A DNA stretch of 64,000 nt, from NCBI GenBank assembly GCA_015233115.1, contig JADFYJ010000009.1, positions 12,163 to 76,162 on the forward strand, written 5' to 3'. The notes under the pieces were generated by a model. It did not search any database and was not told the DNA's origin. It was given only the letters and a program-made list of their open reading frames with translations. Numbering within the stretch: the first letter of the stretch is position 1; every line of letters starts with the position of its first letter. Origin of the DNA: Candidatus Omnitrophota bacterium (lineage in GTDB: Bacteria > Omnitrophota > Gorgyraeia > Zapsychrales > Zapsychraceae). Both the position numbers and the translations under genes were made by a program. Shown in pieces: positions 36,769 to 46,897 of this stretch.

Positions 36769-39201
36769 ATGGATAAATTCATTTGCATACACGGACATTT
36801 TTATCAGCCGCCAAGGGAAAATCCTTGGTTGGAGGCTATTGAGGTCCAGGAATCAGCCTATCCTTACCGCGATTGGAACGAACGGATCATGGCGGAATGT
36901 TATGAGCCTAATACCGCTTCTCGTATTGTGGACGCAGAAGGCCGGATTGTTGATATTGTTAACAATTATTCGAAAATGAGTTTTAATTTTGGGCCAACCT
37001 TACTGTCGTGGATGGAGACGAATGCTCCAAAAGTTTATCAAGCGATTATTGACGCGGATAAAGAGAGCATGAAGAAATTTAATGGACATGGCTCTGCTAT
37101 CGCGCAAGTTTACAATCACATAATTATGCCATTGGCAAATACCAATGATCAATATACTCAAGTGTTATGGGGGATTAAAGATTTTGAATACCGGTTTGGC
37201 CGCAAACCCGAAGGGATGTGGTTGGCAGAAACGGCTGTGGACTTAGCAACGCTGGATATCATGGTTGAACTGGGTATTAAATTTACGATATTAAGTCCGT
37301 ATCAGGCAGCGAGTATCCGTCCCATAGATTCCGAAAGGGATTGGAGCGACGCGTCAGGGGGCAAGATCGATCCAAAAATTCCGTATTTATGCAAGCTGCC
37401 ATCAGGAAAGAGCATGGCGATCTTTTTTTATGATGGGCCTATTTCGCGGGATGTCGCTTTTGGAGAGATGTTAAAAAATGGGGAACTTTTCGCGCACCGT
37501 CTTTTGTCGGTTTTTCCGGCGCAGAGTGATGGGCCTTTGTTGTCGCATATATCGACGGACGGAGAAACATATGGTCATCATCAGAAGTTTGGGAATATGG
37601 CTTTGGCTTATTTGTTGGATTATATTGAACGGAATAATTTAGCTAAGATCACGATTTATGGCGAATTTTTAGAAAAATCCGCGCCGCGGCATGAAGTAAA
37701 AATTGTGGAGAAATCAGCGTGGAGCTGCAGTCATGGCGTGGGACGATGGGAATCGGATTGCGGGTGTTGTATTGCTCATAAAGCCGGTTGGAATCAGAAA
37801 TGGCGGCGTGGTTTGAGAGATGCCATGAATTGGCTGAGAGATGAGCTCAGAATAGTTTTTGAAAAAGAAATGGCAACTTTTACGTCAAATCCATGGTTGA
37901 TCCGGAACAAATATATCGAGGTTGTTTTAGATCGTTCCAAAGATAATGTGGATAAATTTTTTAAAGCAAATTTTAAGGACAATTTAGGCTTAAAAGAACG
38001 CGGTCAAATTTTGAAATTGTTGGAAATGCAACGTTATGCCTTATTCATGTTTACCAGCTGCGGCTGGTTTTTCGACGATATCTCTGGCCTTGAACCGGTG
38101 CAGATTATGCAATATGCGGCGCGGGCCATGCAATTGGCGCATGAATTTTCAGGCATTGATTTAGAACCGGGATATTTAGACCGAATTAAATTGGCAGAAA
38201 GTAATGTGCCGGGTCAATATAACGGAAAAAATATATATTTAAAACACGTCAAGCCGGCGATGATTGATTTATTAAAAGTCGGCGCGCATTACGCGATTTT
38301 TTCTTTATTCAGTAATAAAGCGGAAAAAAATCATTTTTATTCTTTTACGGCAGAACTGCAAAAATCTGAGCGCGAAGAACATGGGAGGCAAACTTTTTTG
38401 ACCGGACAAGCGGTTATTTTTTCCGATATAACCATGGACAAGAAAATGATTGATTTCGCGGTGGTTCATATGGGCGATCATAATATTATCTGTGGTGTCA
38501 GAGAGCATAAAAATGAAGATTTGTTTACGGCCGTACAGCAAAATGTGCGAAAGGCGTTTTTTCAGAATGATGTGGGCGCGTTAAAGGCCACTATCCATGC
38601 CAATTTTGGGCTGCATACATATACCTTGTGGGATTTATTTCATAATGAACAAGGGTTGGTCTTAAATAAAATTTTTGAAGAAACTGTGGGTTTAATTGAA
38701 GATAATTTTCGGCAGATTTATGATCAGTATTATCCGTTGATAAAATTACCTGATCAAATTAAGGTATCTTTGCCCAAGCCGCTAGCTATGACTGTAGAAT
38801 TTATTTTGAATCGTGATTTGATGGACGCTATTGAAAGCGATGAGCTGGATGTCCCTAAATTGGAACGGTTGGTTAATGAGATATTGCGGTGGGGATTTAT
38901 GAGGGATAAAGAAAGCATTGCTTTAAAGGCTGGGCATCGAATTGCGCATTGGATGGAGCGTTTAGCTCAAGATACGGATAATGTTTTGCTGATTGGAAAT
39001 ATTGAATCTATGATGCGGTTGTTGCACAAATTATCATTTAATTTAAATATTTGGCGATCACAAAATATATATTTTCAAATCGCGAAAGCGGTTCATCATG
39101 TAAAATATGAAAAAGCAGTCAAGAACGACACGCAAGCTAAATTTTGGATCGAGTCGTTTGATAAGTTAGGCAAAGTGTTACAGGTAAAATTAAAAAATTA
39201 A
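36769..39201 (+). CDS. Glycoside hydrolase family 57 protein (alpha-glucan processing)
   Basis: N-terminal CIHGHFYQPPREN. GH57 layout, 810 aa. Confidence 0.8.
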   Translation: MDKFICIHGHFYQPPRENPWLEAIEVQESAYPYRDWNERIMAECYEPNTASRIVDAEGRIVDIVNNYSKMSFNFGPTLLSWMETNAPKVYQAIIDADKESMKKFNGHGSAIAQVYNHIIMPLANTNDQYTQVLWGIKDFEYRFGRKPEGMWLAETAVDLATLDIMVELGIKFTILSPYQAASIRPIDSERDWSDASGGKIDPKIPYLCKLPSGKSMAIFFYDGPISRDVAFGEMLKNGELFAHRLLSVFPAQSDGPLLSHISTDGETYGHHQKFGNMALAYLLDYIERNNLAKITIYGEFLEKSAPRHEVKIVEKSAWSCSHGVGRWESDCGCCIAHKAGWNQKWRRGLRDAMNWLRDELRIVFEKEMATFTSNPWLIRNKYIEVVLDRSKDNVDKFFKANFKDNLGLKERGQILKLLEMQRYALFMFTSCGWFFDDISGLEPVQIMQYAARAMQLAHEFSGIDLEPGYLDRIKLAESNVPGQYNGKNIYLKHVKPAMIDLLKVGAHYAIFSLFSNKAEKNHFYSFTAELQKSEREEHGRQTFLTGQAVIFSDITMDKKMIDFAVVHMGDHNIICGVREHKNEDLFTAVQQNVRKAFFQNDVGALKATIHANFGLHTYTLWDLFHNEQGLVLNKIFEETVGLIEDNFRQIYDQYYPLIKLPDQIKVSLPKPLAMTVEFILNRDLMDAIESDELDVPKLERLVNEILRWGFMRDKESIALKAGHRIAHWMERLAQDTDNVLLIGNIESMMRLLHKLSFNLNIWRSQNIYFQIAKAVHHVKYEKAVKNDTQAKFWIESFDKLGKVLQVKLKN

Positions 39202-39202
39202 A

Positions 39203-39330
39203 GAAAATAGAAGAGCGAAAAGAGAAAATAGAAAAACAAAAATCATAAATTGTTACGAAAAAAATATTTTTTATTATCAGTCGTTTTTTTGTTTGTCTAA
39301 CATCTATCGTCTATTTTCTATCTTCTTGTT
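39203..39330. repeat. Intergenic module between the GH57 gene and malQ: inverted AGAAAAT/AGAAGAG-type arrays flanking an AT-rich core
   Basis: AGAAAATAGAAGAGCGAAAAGAGAAAATAGAAAAAC ... TTATCAGTCG ... CATCTATCGTCTATTTTCTATCTTCTTG. Confidence 0.6.
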
Positions 39331-39353
39331 AACTTAATTTTGAAAGGGTTGTT

Positions 39354-40847
39354 ATGAAAAAAGGCAGCGGGGTATTAGAACATATTACATCTCTTCCGTC
39401 AGAGTATGGGATTGGTGACCTGGGACCGCACGCTTATGAATTTGTGGATTTTTTACAGCAAAGCGGGCAAAAATATTGGCAGATATTGCCGCTTAATCCG
39501 ACCAGCGATGTTTTCAGCAATTCCCCTTACAGCAGTTGTTCCGCGTTTGGTTTGAACACGCTGTTGATCAGCCCTGATTCGATGATCGGCCGGGGATGGT
39601 TAAAAAAGAAAGAATTGGAAGAGCCGCGGTTTTCGACAGACCATGTTGATTTTCCATCAGTCCGGGCGTATAAACAAAAAATGTTTAAAATCGCTTATCA
39701 AAGATTTTGCAGTAATAGCGGTGGAACGTCCAAGGATTTTGTGAAATTTTGTCAGGAGAATTCTTATTGGCTGGATGATTTTGCGTTGTTTGTGGTTTTA
39801 AAAGAAATGGTGGGAGATCAGTTATGGAATACGTGGCCGGTGGAAATCCGTGACCGGGATCCTCGTATTATACGGGATCTAACACAAAAATATGCGTCCA
39901 AGATTGAAGAGGTAAAATTTCTGCAATTTGTTTTTTTTCATCAGTGGATGGATTTGAAGAAATATTGCAATCAAAAAGGCATTTCGATTATTGGTGATAT
40001 TCCTATTTATGTCGGCGAGGATAGCGCTGATGTATGGACTTATCCGCAGTATTATAAGCTTGATGAAAATAAGCGGCTTAAGTATGTCGCGGGGGTTCCA
40101 CCGGATTATTTTAGCAAGACTGGTCAGCGTTGGGGTAATCCGGTTTATGATTGGGATCACTTAAAGCAGGATGGGTTTAAATGGTGGCTGGATAGGATTA
40201 AATATAATTTAAAATTATTTGACGTGGTTCGGATCGACCATTTCCGCGGACTCGTGGGTTATTGGCAGATTCCCGCGTCTGAAGAAACGGCTATTAATGG
40301 TCAATGGATTCCAGTGCCAGCGCAAGAATTTTTTACAGCGGTGAAAGAACATTTCCCTCATCTACCGATCATTGCGGAAGATTTGGGTGTGATCACGGAT
40401 GATGTGGTGGCCATGATGGAACAATTTGGTTTTCCCGGTATGAAGATCTTAGTCTTCGCGTTTAATGGCGACATGGAAAATCATCCTTATTTGCCGCATA
40501 ATTACACGCGCCAGTGCGTTGTTTATACGGGCACACATGATAACAATACAGTTTTAGGTTGGTTTCAAAAAGAAGCGTCATTGCAGGAAAAAATGAACGT
40601 ATTTGAATATATTGGCAAACGGGTACCCCGTAAAGAAATTAATTGGGCGCTTATAAAACTTGCTCTTGAGTCATCTGCCCAGATTGCTTTGTTTCCCTTG
40701 CAGGATATTTTAAGTTTAGATCAAAAAGCGCGTATGAATGTTCCGGCTACCATCACTGGCAATTGGATTTGGCGCGCAGAAAAAGGAATGCTGACCCGCC
40801 AAATTGCTGAACGTTTACGCCAGTTGACGGTAAAAGCAAAACGGTAA
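39354..40847 (+). CDS. malQ: 4-alpha-glucanotransferase (amylomaltase, GH77)
   Basis: GIGDLGP, RIDHFRG and TGTHDNNT motifs. 497 aa. Confidence 0.9.
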   Translation: MKKGSGVLEHITSLPSEYGIGDLGPHAYEFVDFLQQSGQKYWQILPLNPTSDVFSNSPYSSCSAFGLNTLLISPDSMIGRGWLKKKELEEPRFSTDHVDFPSVRAYKQKMFKIAYQRFCSNSGGTSKDFVKFCQENSYWLDDFALFVVLKEMVGDQLWNTWPVEIRDRDPRIIRDLTQKYASKIEEVKFLQFVFFHQWMDLKKYCNQKGISIIGDIPIYVGEDSADVWTYPQYYKLDENKRLKYVAGVPPDYFSKTGQRWGNPVYDWDHLKQDGFKWWLDRIKYNLKLFDVVRIDHFRGLVGYWQIPASEETAINGQWIPVPAQEFFTAVKEHFPHLPIIAEDLGVITDDVVAMMEQFGFPGMKILVFAFNGDMENHPYLPHNYTRQCVVYTGTHDNNTVLGWFQKEASLQEKMNVFEYIGKRVPRKEINWALIKLALESSAQIALFPLQDILSLDQKARMNVPATITGNWIWRAEKGMLTRQIAERLRQLTVKAKR

Positions 40848-40902
40848 AAAATACCAAATATATTAGAACAAAATCTGCATTTATGTTAGAATCAACCCAG
40901 TT

Positions 40903-41511
40903 ATGAGACGAGTATTTCTAACATTTATATTATTGTTTTGCTTTTTTGTAACCGGATGTTCTGTTTTTTCTTTTGCAAAGAAAAAACCGTCTACGACCAC
41001 AGTTACTTTTATCCCTTCTTATCTTCAGGATGCCCATCTCATTAACTCGGAATTATTACGTAAAGGCGGAAATTTATTGATCAGTTCGTTTCTTCCGGGC
41101 ACCGAAGTGGCGGCCGGGCCGGAGGCGGATAATGTTTCGGTCATGGTTGTCCGGGGATTTATGGATGTTTATGAGTCACAAACCAAAGAATTTCAAAAAT
41201 CAAAAATCGATTTAATTTTTTCGGATAAAGAACAAAAACCTGATTTTATTTTAGATGGAAGCATATTAGCCATGGATGTTCCGTCTTTTTTCCAAAAATG
41301 GTTTTTGTTTAAGCACAAAATGACTTTAACGATTGAAGGACAACTTAAAGAAAAAGAATCCGGGAGGATTGTATTCGTGTTTAAAGATACACAAGTTGCT
41401 AGGCTTAAAGGTGGAGACTGGACTGAAATGGGACGTAAACTCGGCCAAAATTTAGCTAAATGGATTTTAGCGGAAGAAGAACGACAGAGCAGAACAGAAA
41501 TTATTAAGTAA
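40903..41511 (+). CDS. Lipoprotein, hypothetical
   Basis: Lipobox LLFCFFVTGCS. Stop codon fused to the CCGAGTAA tandem array. Confidence 0.55.
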   Translation: MRRVFLTFILLFCFFVTGCSVFSFAKKKPSTTTVTFIPSYLQDAHLINSELLRKGGNLLISSFLPGTEVAAGPEADNVSVMVVRGFMDVYESQTKEFQKSKIDLIFSDKEQKPDFILDGSILAMDVPSFFQKWFLFKHKMTLTIEGQLKEKESGRIVFVFKDTQVARLKGGDWTEMGRKLGQNLAKWILAEEERQSRTEIIK

Positions 41512-41550
41512 CCGAGTAACCGAGTAACCGAGTAACCGAGTAACAGAGCA
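41511..41550 (+). repeat. Octamer tandem array CCGAGTAA x4 fused to the stop codon of gene 40903..41511
   Basis: ACCGAGTAACCGAGTAACCGAGTAACCGAGTAACAGAGCA, followed by AAAGCGATTGGT..GCGATTGATG. Confidence 0.7.
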
Positions 41551-41730
41551 AAAGCGATTGGTAAAAAAGCGATTGATGTCAAACGATCGGTGCGATTGAT
41601 AAAGTTACAAAGCAAAAATTAATGATAAAAAGTTAAATTTATTTAACAGGGGCAATTAAAGATATCATTCGGTTTAAAAATTCTGGATTTGTTTAATTTA
41701 TGCTTTTTTTTCAAATCGTTTTTAAGTTTT

Positions 41731-41768
41731 TACTTGGTTACTCTGTTACTCGGTCACTTTGTTACTAT
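41731..41768 (-). repeat. Inverted (TTACTCGG-like) array upstream of hldD
   Basis: TTACTTGGTTACTCTGTTACTCGGTCACTTTGTTACTATT. Confidence 0.6.
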
Positions 41769-41783
41769 TAATGAGGTCAAAAT

Positions 41784-42774
41784 TATGAAGATTATCACCG
41801 GCGGGGCTGGATTTATTGGAAGCTGTATTGTGGCGAAACTCAATGAGTTGGGTTATGATGATTTGATTGTGGTTGATCATCTGGAGGATCATTTACTGCC
41901 CGACGTCAGTACAGATCCGAAAGTGCATAATTTGACGGAGAAAAAGTATATTAAGTTTTATGATAAAACGGATTTTCTTGATTTGATTGCTGGAAACAAA
42001 TTGGATGTCAATATCTCGGCGATCATTCATATGGGCGCTTGCAGTTCCACGACAGTGCAGGACGCGAAATATTTTCAGGAAAATAATTTAGAATACACCC
42101 GCACTTTATCCAATTGGGCGTTGAAGAATGAAATCCGGTTTATTTACGCGAGTTCTGCCGCGACTTATGGTGACGGGAGTGTTGGGTATAAAGACGATGA
42201 TGACACAGTTAGGAAATGTAAACCGCTCAATTTGTATGGTCAATCAAAACAGGATTTTGATATTTCGGCATTAGAAAATCATTATCTCGACCGGATGGTG
42301 GGGTTGAAGTTTTTTAACGTATTTGGTCCGAATGAATATCACAAAGCAGATATGCGTAGTGTGGTTAATAAGGCGTATAAACGGGTTGCGGAAGAAGGTA
42401 AAATGAGTTTGTTTAAATCGTATCATCCAGACTTTGGGGATGGAGAACAAAAACGAGATTTTATTTATGTGAAAGATGCGGTAGATGTGGTCATGTATTT
42501 TTTGGATCATCCTGAAGTCAATGGCATTTTCAACGTTGGTACTGGTCAAGCGCGTTCGTGGAATGATTTGGCGCAAGCTTTGTTTAAAGCTGTGGGGAAA
42601 AAGCCACATATCGAATATATTCCCATGCCGGAAATTTTAAAGGACAAGTACCAATATTTTACCCAAGCGGATATGACGAAATTAAAAAAAAGCGGATACA
42701 CCAAACCATTCACGTCTTTAGAAGCAGCCGTCGAAGATTACGTGAGTTATTTAAAAAATCACAGATATTGGTAA
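41784..42774 (+). CDS. hldD: ADP-L-glycero-D-manno-heptose-6-epimerase
   Basis: MKIITGGAGFIGS, YASSAATYG, NVFGPNE..K motifs and overall collinearity with RfaD/HldD. The ORF-track start at 41689 lies inside a repeat array; ATG 41784 follows GAGG. Confidence 0.85.
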
Positions 42775-42840
42775 ATTTTTATGTTTTATTTGTAGCTCTT
42801 GATGAGCTTTAATTTATTAAACCCATCGTTTTTAGTTTTT

Positions 42841-42900
42841 GCTCTGTTACTTTGTTACTCGGTTACTTTGTCACTCGGTTACTCGGTTACTCGGTTACTT
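42841..42900 (-). repeat. Inverted (GTTACTCGG)n array downstream of hldD, upstream of the coiled-coil gene
   Basis: GCTCTGTTACTTTGTTACTCGGTTACTTTGTCACTCGGTTACTCGGTTACTCGGTTACTT. Confidence 0.7.
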
Positions 42901-42914
42901 TTCAAGGAGGTTAT

Positions 42915-44198
42915 ATGATCTGGTTCGTGCTTATAATTATTATCGGGTTTGTTGTCGTTGCTTTGATCCTGATGCTAAATAAGCAAATGGCAGGGAAACA
43001 TCTTCCGCTGGATGCCGTTCCGATTTCTGATATAAACGAGATTAAGGAAATGCGTCAAAATCCCCAGTATAAAAAAGGGAAACCTTTGTCAATTTCGCAG
43101 ACTGTTGACCATTTAGCTTATCATTTGGAAGTGGTTAATAATGAGCGGCTGCCGGAAATCGCCAGAGAGATTGATGGTCTAAAAGGTGAATTCCAGAATA
43201 AACAAGCTGAATCTGAAGAAATGATCCGCCAGTTAAAACTGGATAATCAAAAATTGGAAGACGCGCTTAAACGTGAAATGTCATCTCGGGAAATTAAAAT
43301 TTTGGCAGAAGAGGAAAAACGCCAGCTCAAAGATAAAGACGAGCAGCTGCGCCTCATGCGGGATGCTAATGTTCAACTTAATGATGAAAATAAACGCTTG
43401 CGGGATGACCTGATCCTGCTTCAGAAAGAAAAAACTGAGCTGTTGAAAAAATATGATTCACTGGACCAGGAATTACACGCGAACCGCCTAGAAAAAGAAA
43501 AATGGATGAGCGAAAAACGTGAAACCGAAATGCGGCTGGATATGACCCGCATGGAAATGGAAAAAGATTTTCAATCAAAACTTGCGGAACAGTCTCAAAT
43601 GCTGGGGAACAAACATTTAGAATTAGCGAATAATAAAGCTGGTCTGGAATTAGAGTATCAAAAAATTACGAATATCGCTGAAGAGTTAAAATCACAAAAA
43701 TCCGCGCTGGAAATCCGCTGTACCTCATCAGATATTGAAATTGATTCCTTACGGAAACAAGTTGATTACTTGAGCAAGGCCAATGCCGGGCAAGTGGATA
43801 ATTTAAAGGCTGAAATCATGAAGTTGAATTTCGAATTAGATAATAAAGCCCAAGAATTTACCGGAATTTTGCGGCAAAGGGAAGATATTCACGGCGATAT
43901 TAACCGCGCTGTTGATAAAGTTCGGGATGAGTATCGATTGGTCGTGGATGAGCGGATTAAACAATTAGATACCTTAAACCATCAAATAAAATTTTTACAG
44001 GATGAACATGATGAGTTGAGTAAGGAAAAACGTGCTGTGGAGACAAAGCTGGAAAATGCCGATCAAGTGACGGCGCGAATGCAAGAAAGGGAACGTCAAT
44101 TAAATTATGAGTTGGTAAAAGCTAGGGCTCAAATTTTAGGGTTAGAGCGTATTTGTAGTGATTATCGCTTAAGAGTGGAATCATTATCGAAGGTTTAG
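42915..44198 (+). CDS. Membrane-anchored coiled-coil protein (RmuC-like layout, function unknown)
   Basis: N-terminal TM helix (IWFVLIIIIGFVVVALILML) then about 400 aa of heptad-rich sequence. AAGGAGG RBS before ATG 42915. Confidence 0.5.
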   Translation: MIWFVLIIIIGFVVVALILMLNKQMAGKHLPLDAVPISDINEIKEMRQNPQYKKGKPLSISQTVDHLAYHLEVVNNERLPEIAREIDGLKGEFQNKQAESEEMIRQLKLDNQKLEDALKREMSSREIKILAEEEKRQLKDKDEQLRLMRDANVQLNDENKRLRDDLILLQKEKTELLKKYDSLDQELHANRLEKEKWMSEKRETEMRLDMTRMEMEKDFQSKLAEQSQMLGNKHLELANNKAGLELEYQKITNIAEELKSQKSALEIRCTSSDIEIDSLRKQVDYLSKANAGQVDNLKAEIMKLNFELDNKAQEFTGILRQREDIHGDINRAVDKVRDEYRLVVDERIKQLDTLNHQIKFLQDEHDELSKEKRAVETKLENADQVTARMQERERQLNYELVKARAQILGLERICSDYRLRVESLSKV

Positions 44199-44203
44199 TA
44201 ATT

Positions 44204-44671
44204 ATGCCGGATGAATCATTAAATTTAAATCAAATTTTGGCGGAAGACATTATGTCAGAGGGGGTCGTATCGGTCAAACCGGATATGCTTTTGGGACAAG
44301 TCGCGCATTTGATGTTGCGTGATAGGGTCAGTGGAGTTCCGGTTCTTGATAATGATCAACGTATTGTCGGGATAGTGACGTTGACGGATTTTTTTATATT
44401 ATTGGATAAAATTTCTCAAGATCTTCCGGGTGAAGGTGATGATGCGCGAAGTAAAACGTTGCATTCTGTTTTAGAACAAACCAAGAATCTTCCGGTTTCA
44501 GCGATTATGTCCAAAACTATTGTTTCAATTTCTCCTAAAATGACATTGAAGGAAATTTTGGATATCGTGATCAAATGGCAGACGCATACGTTGCCCGTGA
44601 TGAGTGATGGAAAGGTAGTCGGAGTAATCGGCCGCCATGATATTTTAAATGCCATTTATGTTTATGGTTAA
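44204..44671 (+). CDS. CBS-domain pair protein
   Basis: Two CBS motifs (GVPVLDND..IVGIVT and HTLPVMSDGKVVGVIGRHD). Confidence 0.75.
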   Translation: MPDESLNLNQILAEDIMSEGVVSVKPDMLLGQVAHLMLRDRVSGVPVLDNDQRIVGIVTLTDFFILLDKISQDLPGEGDDARSKTLHSVLEQTKNLPVSAIMSKTIVSISPKMTLKEILDIVIKWQTHTLPVMSDGKVVGVIGRHDILNAIYVYG

Positions 44672-44707
44672 AAAAATAGTGTTTGCGCCATTTTTAACAG
44701 GGTGTTC

Positions 44708-44748
44708 GTAGGGGCGATCACCCGATCGCCCGAAACAAAAGTATCGTT
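44708..44748 (+). repeat. REP-A hairpin upstream of lipoprotein gene 44823
   Basis: GTAGGGGCGATCACCCGATCGCCCGAAACAAAAGTATCG. Confidence 0.7.
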
Positions 44749-44822
44749 TTTTATTTATTTGAAATGACAAAATGATTAAGCAAAGTTTGCAATAGACTTT
44801 TAATCTGATATAATTTAAAACA

Positions 44823-45332
44823 ATGAAAAAATCACTTATCATAATGTTAGCCCTTATCAGCATGGCTTTGTCCGCCTGCTCTTCTATTCAAGAAGCCGGC
44901 CGCAAAGTCTGGGGCACATCGACGACATATTTGGATCCGTCTCGTTGTGAGGCGCTTTCTAAAACATATACGTGCGCTTATGATGATTGTTATGACGCAG
45001 TTTTGAGTTTGAGTAATGTTGTTGTTGAGCAACTTAAAAACGCGCCTAAAGAAACGAATCAAATTTTAAAAGGCATTAAAACAAAACCATCGGTTTTAAT
45101 ACACGCCGGAAATCCTTTTTCAGTTTTTCAAGAAGACCGCTTGCGCGGCATCATTGTCCTGATGGATGTGCCGGGTCAGGTTGATACAACAGAAATAGGA
45201 GTATTTTTTACGAAATATTCCGGGACAAAGGATGTAAAGCTGGAAATAACATCACTTAGCACCATGGCGCGCAACAAAGCCGCCCAAGCGATTTTTAATT
45301 TGTTGGATTCAAAATTCCCGGTTGCAAAGTAA
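44823..45332 (+). CDS. Lipoprotein, hypothetical
   Basis: Lipobox MALSACSS. TTGCAA-N16-TATAAT at 44787-44814 lies directly upstream, which may give a leaderless transcript. Confidence 0.55.
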   Translation: MKKSLIIMLALISMALSACSSIQEAGRKVWGTSTTYLDPSRCEALSKTYTCAYDDCYDAVLSLSNVVVEQLKNAPKETNQILKGIKTKPSVLIHAGNPFSVFQEDRLRGIIVLMDVPGQVDTTEIGVFFTKYSGTKDVKLEITSLSTMARNKAAQAIFNLLDSKFPVAK

Positions 45333-45360
45333 GACCTTCTGGTATTAATTGCCTTTGTTC

Positions 45361-45405
45361 GTAGGGGCGATCTCCCGATCGCCCGTAACAAAATTTTCGC
45401 TTTTT
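45361..45405 (+). repeat. REP-A hairpin upstream of pyk
   Basis: GTAGGGGCGATCTCCCGATCGCCCGTAACAAAATTTTCGC. Confidence 0.7.
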
Positions 45406-45422
45406 ATTGAGATATTAAACAT

Positions 45423-46529
45423 ATGAAACTTAATTATAACCGAGACACTCAAATCATAGCCACGCTTGGCCCCGCGTCTATCCATGAAGATATTTTGACC
45501 CAAATGGCGCGCAAAGGTTTGAATATCGTCCGTCTTAATTTCTCTCATGGATCATATGACCAGCATCAGGGCTCGATTGATCTGGTGCGCAAGATTAACC
45601 GCAAACATAAATTTAATGTCAAAATTCTGCAGGACTTGGAAGGATACCGCATCCGCATTGGCCGCTTGAATCAGCCGATTGAACTTAAACGGGGAGCAAC
45701 GCATTATCTAACAAATAATAAGTCATCAGCCTATGGATCCCCGACTAAAGCACTCGGGGATGACGGCGGTTGTGTCATTCCCGCGAAGGCGGGAATCGGT
45801 GCCGCCGCCATATTTTTTGATTATTCCGGAAATATTAAAGATATACCTAACGGCTCTCAAATTTTTATTGATGACGGACGTATTTGCTTGCGGGTCAAAA
45901 GCAGAGACAATCACGCGTTGGTTGTGACTGTTGTTGACGGCGGCATGCTTCAATCCCGTAAAGGAATTAATATTCCGGGCCTTAAATTAAAGCAGGAAAC
46001 TTTTACTTCTAAAGATAAAAAAGACCTTAAGTTCGGAATTGAAAATAAAGTTGATTTAATCGCGCAATCCTTTGTGCGTGATGCGGATGATATTATGCAC
46101 GTGGTTCGCCGCGTTAAGCCTATTCTGCCTCATTGCCGGGTTATTTCTAAAATTGAAAATCATGAGGGGATTTCTCACGTAGATAGTATCATTGCGGCTT
46201 GCGACGGCATTATGGTCGCGCGGGGAGACCTGGGTGTCAGCTTGCCGATTTTTCAAGTGCCTTTGATGCAGAAATATATTATCCGCCGGTGTAACCGCAA
46301 TAAAAAATTTGTTATTGTGGCGACCCAGATGCTGGAAAGTATGACGGAAAATAACCGGCCGACCAGGGCGGAAGTATCAGATGTGGCCAACGCGATTTTA
46401 GACGGCGCTGACGCAGTTATGCTCTCTGGGGAAACCGCAGTCGGAAAATTTCCGGTTGAGACCATTGACATGATGGCGAAAATTGTAGATTATACCGAAA
46501 AATCACAGCAAATAAATATGGTGCCTTAA
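45423..46529 (+). CDS. pyk: Pyruvate kinase, short form lacking the C-terminal effector domain, with a GC-rich in-frame insert in the B domain
   Basis: N-terminal IIATLGPAS...LNFSHGS and the MVARGDLG catalytic motif. The protein ends after the A domain (368 aa). A 70% GC palindromic stretch at 45738-45812 encodes [26 protein letters not shown]. Confidence 0.8.
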   Translation: MKLNYNRDTQIIATLGPASIHEDILTQMARKGLNIVRLNFSHGSYDQHQGSIDLVRKINRKHKFNVKILQDLEGYRIRIGRLNQPIELKRGATHYLTNNKSSAYGSPTKALGDDGGCVIPAKAGIGAAAIFFDYSGNIKDIPNGSQIFIDDGRICLRVKSRDNHALVVTVVDGGMLQSRKGINIPGLKLKQETFTSKDKKDLKFGIENKVDLIAQSFVRDADDIMHVVRRVKPILPHCRVISKIENHEGISHVDSIIAACDGIMVARGDLGVSLPIFQVPLMQKYIIRRCNRNKKFVIVATQMLESMTENNRPTRAEVSDVANAILDGADAVMLSGETAVGKFPVETIDMMAKIVDYTEKSQQINMVP

Positions 46530-46560
46530 TGATGGCAATGCGATTGATGGGAAAACGATT

Positions 46561-46875
46561 GATCCGGGCGATCACCCGATCGTCTTTACGAAATGTATGT
46601 TTTTAAAAAAAGTAATTTGTATTTAATAAGATGAATTTAATTGGTTTGTCGTAGGGGCGATCACCCGATCGTCTTTACGAAATGTATGTTTTTAAAAAAT
46701 GTAATTTGTATTTAATAAGATGAATTTAATTGGTTTGTCGTAGGGGCGATCACTCGATCGTCTTTACGAAATGTATGTTTTTAAAAAATGTAATTTGTAT
46801 TTAATAAGATGAATTTAATTGGTTTGTCGTAGGGGCGATCACCCGATCGTCCGTAACAAAATTGTCGTTGTTGTT
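46561..46875 (+). repeat. Tandem array: three and a half copies of an 89-bp unit, each carrying a REP-A-like hairpin, upstream of the PadR gene
   Basis: GGGCGATCACCCGATCG recurs at 46566, 46655, 46744 and 46833 (period 89). Units are over 97% identical. The last unit switches to the canonical ..GATCGTCCGTAACAAAATTGTCG. Confidence 0.85.
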
Positions 46876-46897
46876 TTACAAAATATGGAATAATTTT

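Noticed and set aside
41689-41783. Upstream extension of hldD given in the ORF track
   Set aside because: The extension is translated from the TTACTCGG repeat array. The HldD homology (MKIITGGAGFIGS) starts at ATG 41784.
42852-42914. Upstream extension of the coiled-coil gene
   Set aside because: It is encoded by the GTTACTCGG repeat array. AAGGAGG plus ATG at 42915 is the credible start.
46561-46875. Possible CRISPR array (regular repeats with a hairpin)
   Set aside because: The segments between the hairpins are identical between units, so there are no unique spacers. It is an 89-bp tandem repeat, and no cas genes are nearby.
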